Assembly (NCBI RefSeq): GCF_006345805.1
Contig: NC_043022.1
Coordinates: 16,802,001-16,866,000 of the forward strand
Length of the DNA: 64,000 bases
DNA from: Octopus sinensis
Taxonomy: Eukaryota
Reading direction: 5' to 3'
Below, one piece after another: positions 11,186 to 21,793 of the stretch. Below the pieces are notes generated by a model. It was not told the DNA's origin and ran no database searches. It saw only the letters and a program-made list of their open reading frames with translations. Every line of letters begins with the position of its first letter. Position 1 is the stretch's first letter. A program made the translations under genes and the position numbers.

Positions 11186-11329
11186 AATACCAAACTCATT
11201 CCCCATGGATACCGTATTTATTACAACGAGTGGCTTGTAAACGTATCTAACGAGCGAAAGCGAGTTAGATACGTTTACAAGCCACTCGTTGTAATAAATA
11301 CGGTATCCATAGGGAACTCGTTTAGTATT
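11186..11329. mobile_element. Fold-back (palindromic) element with perfect 47-bp arms
   Basis: 11205-11251 is the exact reverse complement of 11264-11310. The loop is GAGCGAAAGCGA. Imperfect pairing extends about 19 bp further on each side. Confidence 0.9.
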
Positions 11330-11925
11330 CTCTATATATTCAATGCCCAAGTGACAATCTGCATAAGCTGGGGTTTTCAGAAAAAGAAATCCATCATTTA
11401 ATTAACTCACAAATTACAAATACAATCTGTAATTGCAACAGCAAAAATGTGTAAGGCTTTTCTTGAGTTTAAAATGTGGCATTGTTTCATTATCTACATT
11501 GCAATGATGGAGCTTTGTATCTTTGTTGGAATCCGGCCCCTTCCTCGGAGGAAGAACTGAAATAATTCAAAGCAGAAGAGACCATACATACTCATCATTA
11601 TCACCATCATGCATTTGTTTTTCCCTGACAACCAGTGTTGGTGTGTTTATGTCCCCATAACTTAACAGTTCAGTGAAACAGACTGATACAATAAGTACCA
11701 AGCCTAGAAAACAAATAAGTCCTGGGGTCAATTTATGTGATTAACAATTCTTCAGGGCAGTACCCCAGCATGGCCACAATCTCATGACTGAAACAAGTAA
11801 AAGATAGACCATGAAAGGTAATGGTTAATGGAATAAAGACTAATGAGTAAAGGGTGGTAGTTTCTCAGCAATATTTGTTTCATTTGTTTACAGGTTGCAT
11901 CTTTTGAAAGAGAGTCTGTCTTCAG

Positions 11926-12140
11926 GTGTTTGTATGATGAATCTAATCGTTTTCCTTTCAGTTATAATGATCTGGGTACTCCTGCCTCATCAGTCAGTCC
12001 AGACTCCACCTGTCTACCCAGTCCTTATAGTCCATATTTCCAGATAGATTCTCCACCACCTACAACTGCTGATTTTACAGAGTACTTCAATGCTCCAGCA
12101 ACGTACATGGAGAAGGACTTCTCTCAGCTAACATTATCAG
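11926..12140 (+). CDS. CAMTA: CAMTA exon CLYDESNRF...SPPPTTADFTEYFNAPATYMEKDFSQLTLS; 5' boundary uncertain
   Basis: TCAG|GTATCT donor, phase 1. The ending FSQLTLS leads into the [11 protein letters not shown] exon as in CAMTAs. The acceptor at 11925 is phase-compatible; alternative AGs lie at 11868 and 11893. Confidence 0.8.
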
Positions 12141-12354
12141 GTATCTATATATATACATATATATATAATATTCATTCGGTTGTTTGTTTTCAAAATTTGT
12201 TCTTCCTGGCTTGCATCGAGGATGATAAATGTTTGACAGTCAGATGCCTCTCACAAATAACGGGTTTTGTACTCTGATTGTCCTTCAAAGTGCAGACTGA
12301 CAGAATGATTTAACAGGGAATCTGCTTTTCTCTCAATATTTCATTGTGTGTGAA

Positions 12355-12567
12355 CCAGCAGAAACGTTAGCATGCCGGGCGAAAAGCTTAGTGGTGTTTT
12401 GTCTGTCTTTATGTTCTGAGTTCAAATTCCTCCAAGGTCGACTTTGCCTTTCATCCTTTCAGGATCGATAAATTAAGTACCAGTTACATACTGGGGTCGA
12501 TCTAATCGACTGGCACCACCACCCCAAAAAAATTTCAGGCCTTGTGCCTAGAGTAGAAAAGAATATT
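12355..12567 (+). mobile_element. Short SINE, near full length
   Basis: Contains consensus TTCTGAGTTCAAATTCC...GTCGACTTTGCCTTTCATCCTTTC...GTAGAAAAG. Confidence 0.9.
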
Positions 12568-12799
12568 TCATTGAGTGTCTGTCTGTCTTTATACACATGT
12601 GAGCGTATATATATATGTATGTATATATAAATGTATATACATATATGTATATAAATGTATACATACATACATATGTATGTATGTATGTTGTTGTTGGCAT
12701 CCTTTTTGTCTCGGGAGACAATGGAGTTGCGCATAAAATAGTCCAGTCCGGCTTTTACATTTCATGTCCTAATACAGTTCCTACTGTGGCTGTGTAGTC

Positions 12800-12831
12800 C
12801 TATCCTGGACTGTATGTGTATATACATATAT

Positions 12832-12876
<45 letters not shown>

Positions 12877-12912
12877 ATATATATATGTATGTTATATATA
12901 TATATATGTATG

Positions 12913-12975
<63 letters not shown>

Positions 12976-12999
12976 ATAATATATATATATATATGTATG

Positions 13000-13043
<44 letters not shown>

Positions 13044-13140
13044 ATATATATATATTTATGTATGTATATATATATACATGTATGTATGTATATATATATA
13101 TATATATATATACATACACACACATATACATATATATATG
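12800..13140. repeat. (AT)n/(ATGT)n compound microsatellite (representative; similar tracts at e.g. 20620, 44100, 53410, 59760, 60870, 63340)
   Basis: Directly visible; the source of most YIYI/VCVC ORFs. Confidence 0.98.
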
Positions 13141-13385
13141 TGTGTCAAATATATCAAATATTTTCTCAACTCTTGATAGATGAAGGGGTTTGTTGTTGGA
13201 GTAGAGTTCTTGGTAAACATAGATTGACCAGATTTATGGCACACAAGTAGTTGCCTAAACAGCATCGTTAGTCTAGTTTGAGTCCTCCCTGATTCATTGA
13301 GATTCAAACCAACCCTTTTTTTTTACTCTGCAGCCCCTTGTGGTTGTCCTCTCTAACCGTGTTGGGTGGTGTTTTCTTGTTGCAG

Positions 13386-13534
13386 ATCAGGAGCAACGAA
13401 AGCTGTACGAAGCGGCCAAAGTGATCCAAAATGCATATCGACAATATAGAGATAAGCAGCAGTTACTGCAGCAGAGGCAAAAAGAAATAGAAGCAGCCAT
13501 CCTCATCCAAAGTTACTACCGCCGATATAAGCAG
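13386..13534 (+). CDS. CAMTA: CAMTA IQ exon 1: (D)[21 protein letters not shown]...[15 protein letters not shown]
   Basis: TTGCAG acceptor and CAG|GTGGGG donor; phase 1->0. Contains two IQxxYRxY motifs. Confidence 0.95.
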
Positions 13535-13578
13535 GTGGGGGCCACTATCCTCTCTCTCTCTCTCTCTCCATCTCTCTT

Positions 13579-13611
<33 letters not shown>

Positions 13612-14369
13612 TTCTTTCTCTCTCTCCATCTCCATCTCTCTCTTTCTCTCTCTCTCTTTCTCTCTTTCTCTCTTTCTCTCTTTCTTTCTCTCTCTCCATT
13701 TCTCTCTCCCTCTCTTTCTCGGTCTCTCTCTTTCTCTCTCTCTCTCTCACAGTGTTCAAATTATTTGTTTTGCCTTTCAGCGATGTGTTTTTGTGAACTC
13801 ACACAATAATAGTCGGTAGAGCCTCCGACTAAATACTTTGCAGTATTTTTATAGTCGCATCCCTTTACATTCTGAGTTCAAATTTCCACCAAGTCTACTT
13901 TGTCATTTACGTTTCTGGCCAGACTCCCTATCTTTTCCAGGAATTACCTTTTTGTCTCATTCTTCAGGATCAAATATTTACCTTTAGTAAATCCTGTTTC
14001 TTGTGCCAGTGGCATGAAAAAGGCATCCCTTTACACTCTGTAAAGTGGTTTGGCATTTGACAGAGAATCCTGTCATAGAAGCCATCTGGAAGTTGACAGT
14101 GGCACTCAGCACAGCCCTGCGGTACACTGGACCATGCCAAACCATCCAAGCCATGCCAGTACAGAAAACAAACACTAAGTTGTGTTTTGGGGGGATCTGG
14201 TTACTATTTCTAGTAGTCCAAGCAAGTACCTAGTGACCCCATTATCTACCTTAACACCAGTTTTATTTAGTGGTGAAGTTAAATTGATTAATTATAAACT
14301 AAGAAGATGAAGATTTGTAATTTCCAGTTTGAAGAACAAAAATCTTTCCATTTGAGACGAAATCCCCAA

Positions 14370-14388
14370 CTAACCCTAACCCTAACCC
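14370..14388 (+). promoter_or_regulatory. (CTAACC)3 array: three tandem CTAAC branch-point-like motifs upstream of the IQ exon 2 acceptor
   Basis: CTAAC at 14370, 14376 and 14382; acceptor AG at 14420-14421. Confidence 0.5.
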
Positions 14389-14421
14389 AACTAAAGACCG
14401 ATTCCCTCTCTTCCTCTCCAG

Positions 14422-14618
14422 TATGCATACTTCAAGAAAATGACACAAGCGGCCGTACTAATCCAAAGTCAGTTCCGCAGTTACTATGCACAGAAGCGGT
14501 ACAAGAAGTCGCGGAGTGAGACGGATGCATCCATTCAAAATCAGTATCGCAGCTACAAAGAACCCGAGCGTCTCAAGAAAAGCCGTAACACATCTGTCAT
14601 CATTCAACAAAGATTTAG
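14422..14618 (+). CDS. CAMTA: CAMTA IQ exon 2: YAYFKKMTQAAVLIQSQFRSYYAQKRY...VIIQQRF(R)
   Basis: CTCTCCAG acceptor and AG|GTGAGA donor; phase 0->2. Close to CAMTA1 YALYKKMTQAAILIQSKFRSYY. Confidence 0.95.
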
Positions 14619-14897
14619 GTGAGACTAATTGGTTTCTCTCTTTTAAGAATTATTTTAATTTGTTAATTAACCAATTAAGACACAACAAATTTTTATCAAA
14701 TAAAGTTGTGTGAGTTTGGTAAGAAGTTTGCTTCCCAACCACATGGTCTCAGGTTCAGTTCCACTCCATAGCACCTTAGGCAAGTGTTTTTACTATGGCC
14801 TCAGGCCAAGCAAAGCTTTGTTAGTGAATTTGGTTGGTGGAACGTGAAAGACACTTGTTGTTGTATGTGTGTGTACATGTGCATATATGTGTGTGTA

Positions 14898-14932
<35 letters not shown>

Positions 14933-15614
14933 ATACGCACACATCTTGCAATAATGATGATTGCACCCCCACTTTGTCTAAGGGTCTTGTCTTGCAAGTT
15001 ACTTGGAGATGTCCCTAGTATTGGTGCCATGAAATAAAGTACTTGGTACATTCTGTAAAGAGGTTGGTGACAAGAAGGGCATATGGCCATAGAATATCTA
15101 CCTCAATGTATTCCATCTGATCATGCAGGCATAGAGAACTGGACGTTAAAACTATAACGATGATGATGAAGGTGACTCTTTGTTGGGTTGCCTTCAAAAC
15201 TGCTCTGATTCGATGGGGTTGCAAAGAACCGAGTGTTATTTCTAGTTTATTAGTCTCCACTGCAGACACCAACTGACACTTTTTTGAACTTGTATGAAAA
15301 GAGTCGATAGAAAACTAGATCCAACATGCCCTGATTGCTCCAGTATGGCCTCACCAACTATCAACAGATGAAACTGTCAAACAAGTTTTCAAGACCTGTG
15401 GGGTCACGTATTATTTTTTTGGTTGGTTGCCTTCATAAAAGAGATCTGTTGGGGGCAGAATTGATGAGGGTTGCTTAACAACAACACCAACAACAACATC
15501 AACCTGATGTGTTTACTTTCACATATCCTGTTTTGCTTTTCTTTTTATTTATATTATTTTTATCGTTGTTTATTTTTTTCTTCTTCTTTCTCCTCCTCCT
15601 CTTCTTCCAACCAG

Positions 15615-15692
15615 GAGCCATTATCAACGGAAGCAGCCTGAGGAGTTGGATGGCAGCCAACTATCTCAATTAGTCAATGAAGCAAATGAAAG
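15615..15692 (+). CDS. CAMTA: Probable CAMTA exon: SHYQRKQPEELDGSQLSQLVNEANE
   Basis: Long polypyrimidine tract then CCAG; AG|GTAAAA donor; 78 nt, symmetric phase 2->2. Completes the IQQRFR-SHYQRK motif. Confidence 0.72.
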
Positions 15693-16255
15693 GTAAAAAT
15701 TAATTACTTCTTCATCTCCGTTCCTTGTGGTTCCAGTCAGTTCATTGTTCTTTTGTTTTGTTTATTGTTTGTTTTGTGCTCAAGTAGACTAATACTAATA
15801 CAGACCCATGGACTAATGTATATATATATACACACACACACATGTACATACACACTTATTGATGTAGGAAGGCAATTTAGGTGAAGGTAGATCAATTTAG
15901 ATGTATTAATATGAACTGAGAAGTAAAGCAAGACAAGTGGATGTGGATGGATCGTCGGGGATGGTCATTGGTGACCAAGTTTCTAATGAAGGGGAAAAAA
16001 GGTAGTTTATAATAGTAGATTATATAGCAGTTGGGACTAATAATGGTTAAGATAGTGACACATAAAGAAAGAGGGGAATTTGTCTGTTTGTCACCCTGAG
16101 CGACAAAGAGGGAAACAGAAACAGAGAGAAGGGAGTCAGATAAACAGAAATAGAAACATTGAAATTTTGTTTTGGGATTTGGTTTGCAAGATTCTTTATG
16201 TGAATTTGTGTGTTGAAGTATATTCTGTTGTGTTTGGGGAGAGTCATTCTCTATT

Positions 16256-16457
16256 GGGGCCTTATAATTTAACACACTTACCAGCAAAATTTCCACTTAT
16301 TTCGATTTTATTTTTCTAAAATTTTCATTGCATCTTGCATCTTGCAACCTTTTCAATAGTTTTGACTATTGAAAAGGTTGCAAGATGCAACGAAGGTTTT
16401 AGAAAAATTAAATTTAGAAATGATTTTACTGGTGAGTGTGTTATATTATTAGGCACC
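16256..16457. mobile_element. Fold-back MITE-like element, ~200 bp
   Basis: Perfect 26-bp arms at 16335-16360 and 16365-16390 with a 4-nt loop. The outer arms (GGGGCCTTATAATTTAACACACTTACCAG vs CTGGTGAGTGTGTTATATTATTAGGCACC) pair imperfectly. Confidence 0.85.
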
Positions 16458-17741
16458 AAAAGAGAATGACTCTCCCCAGACATTGAAATTTTTTATGTAA
16501 CACAAACACCTCAATCGTGGCTTTGAGGGCTGCACATGGCCCTCAAGCATCCTTTCAGTGGCCCCTGGCAGTCTTCCCTCTACAAATATAATAAACTTCT
16601 TTTTATTTGACTTGTGTTTTACTTTTTCTGGTATGGCTCCCTAAAAAAATCCAGGTTTTGGATCTGACCTGGATATTAGAAAGGTTGAGAACCATTGTTT
16701 TACACTGTTTGTATGGTTTTGAAAAGTTAATAAATTAGGGGACAGCATTAGGCAATGTCTTTGTTTTAAGGGCTTTGTCTGGAAGAAGTTCAGAACATGG
16801 CTGACCCAGGAAAGCTCAGAAGGAATTCTGCTTCATGCAAAATAATAATTGTGTGCTCAGAGACTAATAAGTACAGGTGATAGTTTAGGAGATTGTATGT
16901 AGAGGTGGCAGTATGTACAGGTAACACTGCACTTCATAGTAAAGAAACTCACCAAAATAATCAACAGATGTGTGATGATGCCAGATGTGTTGGGTTTGCT
17001 GTGTGGAGGCCCCTGGTTTCTACAAGCAGCAGACGTGACCAAACTGATAGACTTGTCATGTATCTCAGACCTACGTAAATCAAACATGTGGCAACCATGA
17101 CCAGCTTGTCTATTTTTGCCCGTGTAGTACATCTACGACTACACCATGTAATGTGTTCTTTCTTGTTCAAGACAGAATGGTTTGGCTGCTATGTCTTGCA
17201 GATCATACAATCCTGTAGCAGCTCCTACATTGACTCAGATGAAATACTCTGGGGTGGTCATGGCCTAAAACAAAGAATGGTGAGGAAGAGAGGAGTCTAA
17301 GTGAAGTGAAGCGTTTGGACTGTATCTTAGGATGTTAATGCCATTCACACATGTGGCACTGCTTGACCATTCCATCTTGACATCATGTAGCAAATGCTGA
17401 TAGTAATGAGGAAAAGGGAGAGGTGGATTATGAAGCTCCTTCACTCCATTATGTTCATGTGGTAGGATTAGATGACAATTAATTGTGTGTGATGACAAAT
17501 TATCTTCAGAAGATGAAAAGGAAACACTTGAGGTGCCGATGACATTGGTGTTGCTATTGGTGTAATGACCAGCACAGATTCACTGGACATCAAATATACA
17601 AGACAAAAGGAACGTAGCATGAAAGGCAGAGGAGAGGGTGTAGGGCTGAGGTGGAGCTGATAAATAGGGGTCTAAGTTAAAGGAGGGAGGAGGATTAGCT
17701 CTAACCAGAGAATTAATGTTACAAAATCATTATTATTATTA

Positions 17742-17776
<35 letters not shown>

Positions 17777-17778
17777 GA

Positions 17779-17980
17779 AGAAGGTGAGCTGGCAGAATCC
17801 TTAGCATATTGGATGAAGTGCTTAGCAGTATTTCACTGTTGCTATGTTCTGAGTTCAAATTCCACCGAGGTCGACTTTACCTTTCATCCTTTTCGAGGTG
17901 GATAAATTAAGTACGAGTGAAACACTGGGGTCGATGTAATTGACTAGGCCCCTCCCCACAAATTTTAGGCTTTGTGTCTT
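17779..17980 (+). mobile_element. Short SINE directly after a (TTA)n tract
   Basis: Consensus match; (TTA)n at ~17728-17776. Confidence 0.85.
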
Positions 17981-18698
17981 CAGTAGGAACCCTGTGACCA
18001 AGATGTAGCCTTCTGAACCATCTAAGTGAGCAGCCCACTTAAAAATATGCTGACCACCTCAACTGTGGCAGCCTCTCCAAATCATAGCAGCATGAGAAAT
18101 GGACATTAAGCGGTGATGGTAGTGGTGGGGAGAATAATGTTGATATATGATAGACACACTGAAATGTGTAAAGATATGTTTGTCTCATATTTTCTATAGA
18201 AGACACTGTAACAACTAGTTTCACATTTCGGGTCCTCAAAATGTTATATATAGAGAGAGAGAGAGACACACACACACGAACATATGTAAATGGATTTATT
18301 TATATATATATATATATACACACACATATATACATACACACTTACACACAAGTAAATATATATATCTATATATTTATATATATATATATGCACACACATA
18401 TAGATATATATATATATACACACTCATAGTGAAAATGTCCAGTAAAAAATTTTTTTCCTCATGGGGAATTGTAGTAAAAATCATAAAAACAAAATGTACA
18501 GAAATTTTATGTTGGACAAAATATATACATATATATATATTCACATTTTATGAAATAATATATTTACATAGTCTACCAGTTTCGCTTGTGCTAATCATGG
18601 CTAAAACTTTAGTGATAATGTTATAATTTCAAGCTATCATAAGAAGTTTTCATTCCATGTTAGTAGGAGGAATATATATATAATGCAACAGCTATCTT

Positions 18699-18730
<32 letters not shown>

Positions 18731-18873
18731 TCTTTCTATCTTACGATATTTGCTAGTCGTAGTGTTATGTGATAAATGTTTCTGTTTAACCTAAAATGTG
18801 TCTCACTTTCTTTGCTTCCTGCCTTCCATCTGCCTGGTGCAGAGAACTATGGAAACTAATCCGTTCCCATCAG

Positions 18874-18957
18874 GTCAGTGCTAATAACCTCACTGCTGCA
18901 GGAGCTGCACCACCGAATGTTGCAGCGGCAGCAGCAGCTGCTGCAACATTTGGACAG
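18874..18957 (+). CDS. CAMTA: Putative CAMTA cassette exon: SVLITSLLQELHHRMLQRQQQLLQHLD (alternative definitions in findings)
   Basis: CTAAT...TTCCCATCAG acceptor and CAG|GTAGTA donor; 84 nt, phase 2->2, open and coding-like. I recognise no homology. Confidence 0.5.
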
Positions 18958-19063
18958 GTAGTAATTCTGGTCATCTTGCACTTGGCATATAAACACACAC
19001 ACACACACATGCACCTATGCACAACACACACACACACACACACACTTGCATACGCGTATATGT

Positions 19064-19094
<31 letters not shown>

Positions 19095-19359
19095 AATGTT
19101 GTAAATGTAATAAACAAAAAGGGAAAAAGACGGCCCAGGACAAGATATAACAAAAGTTTTATTTGTCTAATACTTAAATGAAGGGAGGGAAGGAGCCATA
19201 ACTTTTTGGACATTGGTCCTTCATCAAATATATATGTACATGTACACACACATATATAAATAAATAAATAATGAATTGAATTTGACCCAAGCTGAGAATC
19301 CGGGGTACACAAAAATATCATTTCCAGGCAAAATCCCAAGTTGTTGTGTGGTGTAGAGC

Positions 19360-20230
19360 AAAAACCTCATATTGCTTAAACGGTCAACTGAGGGACTGGG
19401 AAATATCTTCTAAAAGAAAAGAAAAAAGACCATTTCTAGAAATAGAAAATAAAATTAAAGACTTTCATAAAGAGACAAGAGCAGAAAAAGATATTTGGAT
19501 TGAAGGAAATATAAAGGTGAACCCCTTAAAGTCTTTGGCAAATTTTCAAGACGTTCAGCTCTGGTTTATTACAGAATAAGAGGCCCTCGTACCAAGAAGA
19601 TAATTCATGGACTGCAGACTCCAAAACAGTATATGAAACATTGATGGACCAATTTAGAAGTACATTCTGAGTTCAGATTCCACCGAAGTCGACTTTGCCT
19701 TTCATCCTTTCGGGGTCAATAAATTAAGTACCAGTTGCATACTGGAGTCGATCTAATCGATTGGCCCCCTCCCCGCAAAATTTTGGGTTTTGTGCCTAGA
19801 GTAGAAAAGAATTTAGAAGTGTTTTCACCTCACCAGTAGGACATATGCAGATATGTACTGGTCTCTATAGACACCAGCAGTTATTGAGTACATCGGCATA
19901 AAGGAGGAAGATGTGATATCAATCACAGATGAGATGAGCCTAAACTGAAACCTGATGCCCTGAGGCTTTTCTAACAGTTTGCTTAAAAATCACATGAACA
20001 GGCTTTAGCTTCACAACTCCAGATACTGTTTCAAAACTTCCTCAGGAGACTCACCAAAAACTTAAAAGGCAGCATTATATGCTCTGTCCACAAAGCAGGG
20101 AACAGACCAGATGCCAAAACTAACAGGGTCTTTCACAAAGCCATGAGATAGGTCTTAATTGGAACAGTTATGGAATGACAGAAACTGTTACCTCAGCCTA
20201 GCTGGAAAAATAGCAGAAGGGTTGGGCACG
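19360..20230 (+). mobile_element. Decayed CR1-group LINE ORF2 fragment (linker and start of RT), interrupted by a SINE
   Basis: Frameshifted motifs DQFRSVFTS, IKEEDVISITDEM, ALASQLQILFQ and IICSVHKAGNRPDAK resemble FxSVFT...LAxPLxxLF...IxPIHKGG...NYRPISL. Confidence 0.72.
19662..19809 (+). mobile_element. 5'-truncated short SINE inserted in the LINE fragment
   Basis: 11-bp TSD AATTTAGAAGT at 19651-19661 and 19810-19820. Confidence 0.9.
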
Positions 20231-20619
20231 TGACTTTTTTATGGTGGGCTGCAGTCAAGTCGTTACAGCAAAGGGTGCTTCTCTCTCAAAGGAAACTTTG
20301 ATACTTTGACATATACATGTGTGTGAATTCAAACTCCTCTGGGGTCCACTTTGCATTTCATTCCCCTTCCTTAATTCTTTCTCTCTCGAGAAGGAATTGG
20401 TTGGGTTCACACTTGGACATCAATTACTTCTGCCAGGCTTAAATTGTCCAAATACTGCTGTTTTTCACAGTGCTGTACCGATTATTTCATAAGGAGTAAG
20501 AGGCCCAACACTTATATACACTCACCTACATATACACTCACCAACATGTGTATATACACCCACATCAATATATATGTGTGTGTATACATATATACACACA
20601 TTGGAATGCACATACGTAC

Positions 20620-20665
<46 letters not shown>

Positions 20666-21674
20666 CACATACACATTATATATATGTACTTATATATATA
20701 TATATATATATTATATATACATATACATTTATATATACGTACATATATATACACACACATAAGGTAATGAGTGAAAAAAGAAGACAAAACAAGATTTAAA
20801 GTGTGTGTGTATACACACATATGCATGTGTGTGTGAGTGTGTATATATATATAAACACACATATACACCCACGTATATATATATATATGTGAATGCATAT
20901 ATATCTACATACATTTATGTGCATGTATGTATCCACACACACACACACACACACCCTAATGTCCTGGTACATCTATAATATATGCTTCTCTCTATATTCC
21001 ACTCTTTTTAGCTGTTGTTGTTTTTATTATTTTTGCTCTCGATGTTGTAATATTCTTTTTCGTGGTGTTTCTCTCATTTTCCTTGCCTCTTCCCCCCACC
21101 CCCCGGGCATGTCAACCTCACTGCCATTGCATCTATGCACATTCTAACGACGCATGCATTGCTGCTTCCTCTCTCTCTCTCTCTCTCTCCTTTCTTCCCC
21201 GTTTGCCAAATTGTGGTTCTTCTGAGACGATGCTGGATCTGAACAATCATTTTTACAAACTTCAACAAACGCCGCCCCTCTCTCCACCTCCGGCTCTCAA
21301 AGACCTTCTTTTATCCTTCATCTTTTATTTGTTTCACTTCTTGGATTGCAGCCATGCTGGAGCACCACCTTGATGGGTTTTGTTGGACAAATCAAACCCA
21401 GTTCTTTTTGTTTCATGCCTGTTACTTATTCTATTGGTCTCTTTTGCTAAAATTCAGGGACATAAACAAACCAACACTGGTTGTCATACACATACACATA
21501 GATACAATGGGCTTCTGTCAGCTTCCATCTACCAAATCCACTCACAAGGCTTTGGTCAATCTCGGCTTTAGCAGAAGACATATCTAAGATGCTACACCCT
21601 GTGATTGAACCCAGAGCTATGTGGTTGTGAAGCAAACTTCTTATGACAGAGCCACACAAACCCCTAAAGTTAGA

Positions 21675-21793
21675 TTCTTACAGCACCTTGGTTTCCCAAG
21701 TGGTCACCCATCGAAGTACTAACAAGGCTCAACATTGCTTAACTTTGGTGATTGGACAGGAACTGGTGCAGTCAATGTAACATGGCCATTGTC
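21675..21793 (-). pseudogene. Full-length 5S rRNA pseudogene
   Basis: The minus strand GACAATGGCCAT...CCAGTTCCTGTCCAATCACCAAAGTTAAGCAATG...TTAGTACTTCGATGGGTGACCACTTGGGAA...GTGCTGTA aligns to the animal 5S consensus over ~119 nt. It shows several CpG-type transitions and no oligo-T terminator. Confidence 0.88.

Noticed and set aside
14370-14388. Interstitial telomere or chromosome-fusion scar
   Set aside because: Only three units; too short to imply telomeric origin.
16850-17600. Possible DNA-transposase relic (Cys-rich and acidic patches)
   Set aside because: The patches lie on opposite strands, with no catalytic motif or TIR.
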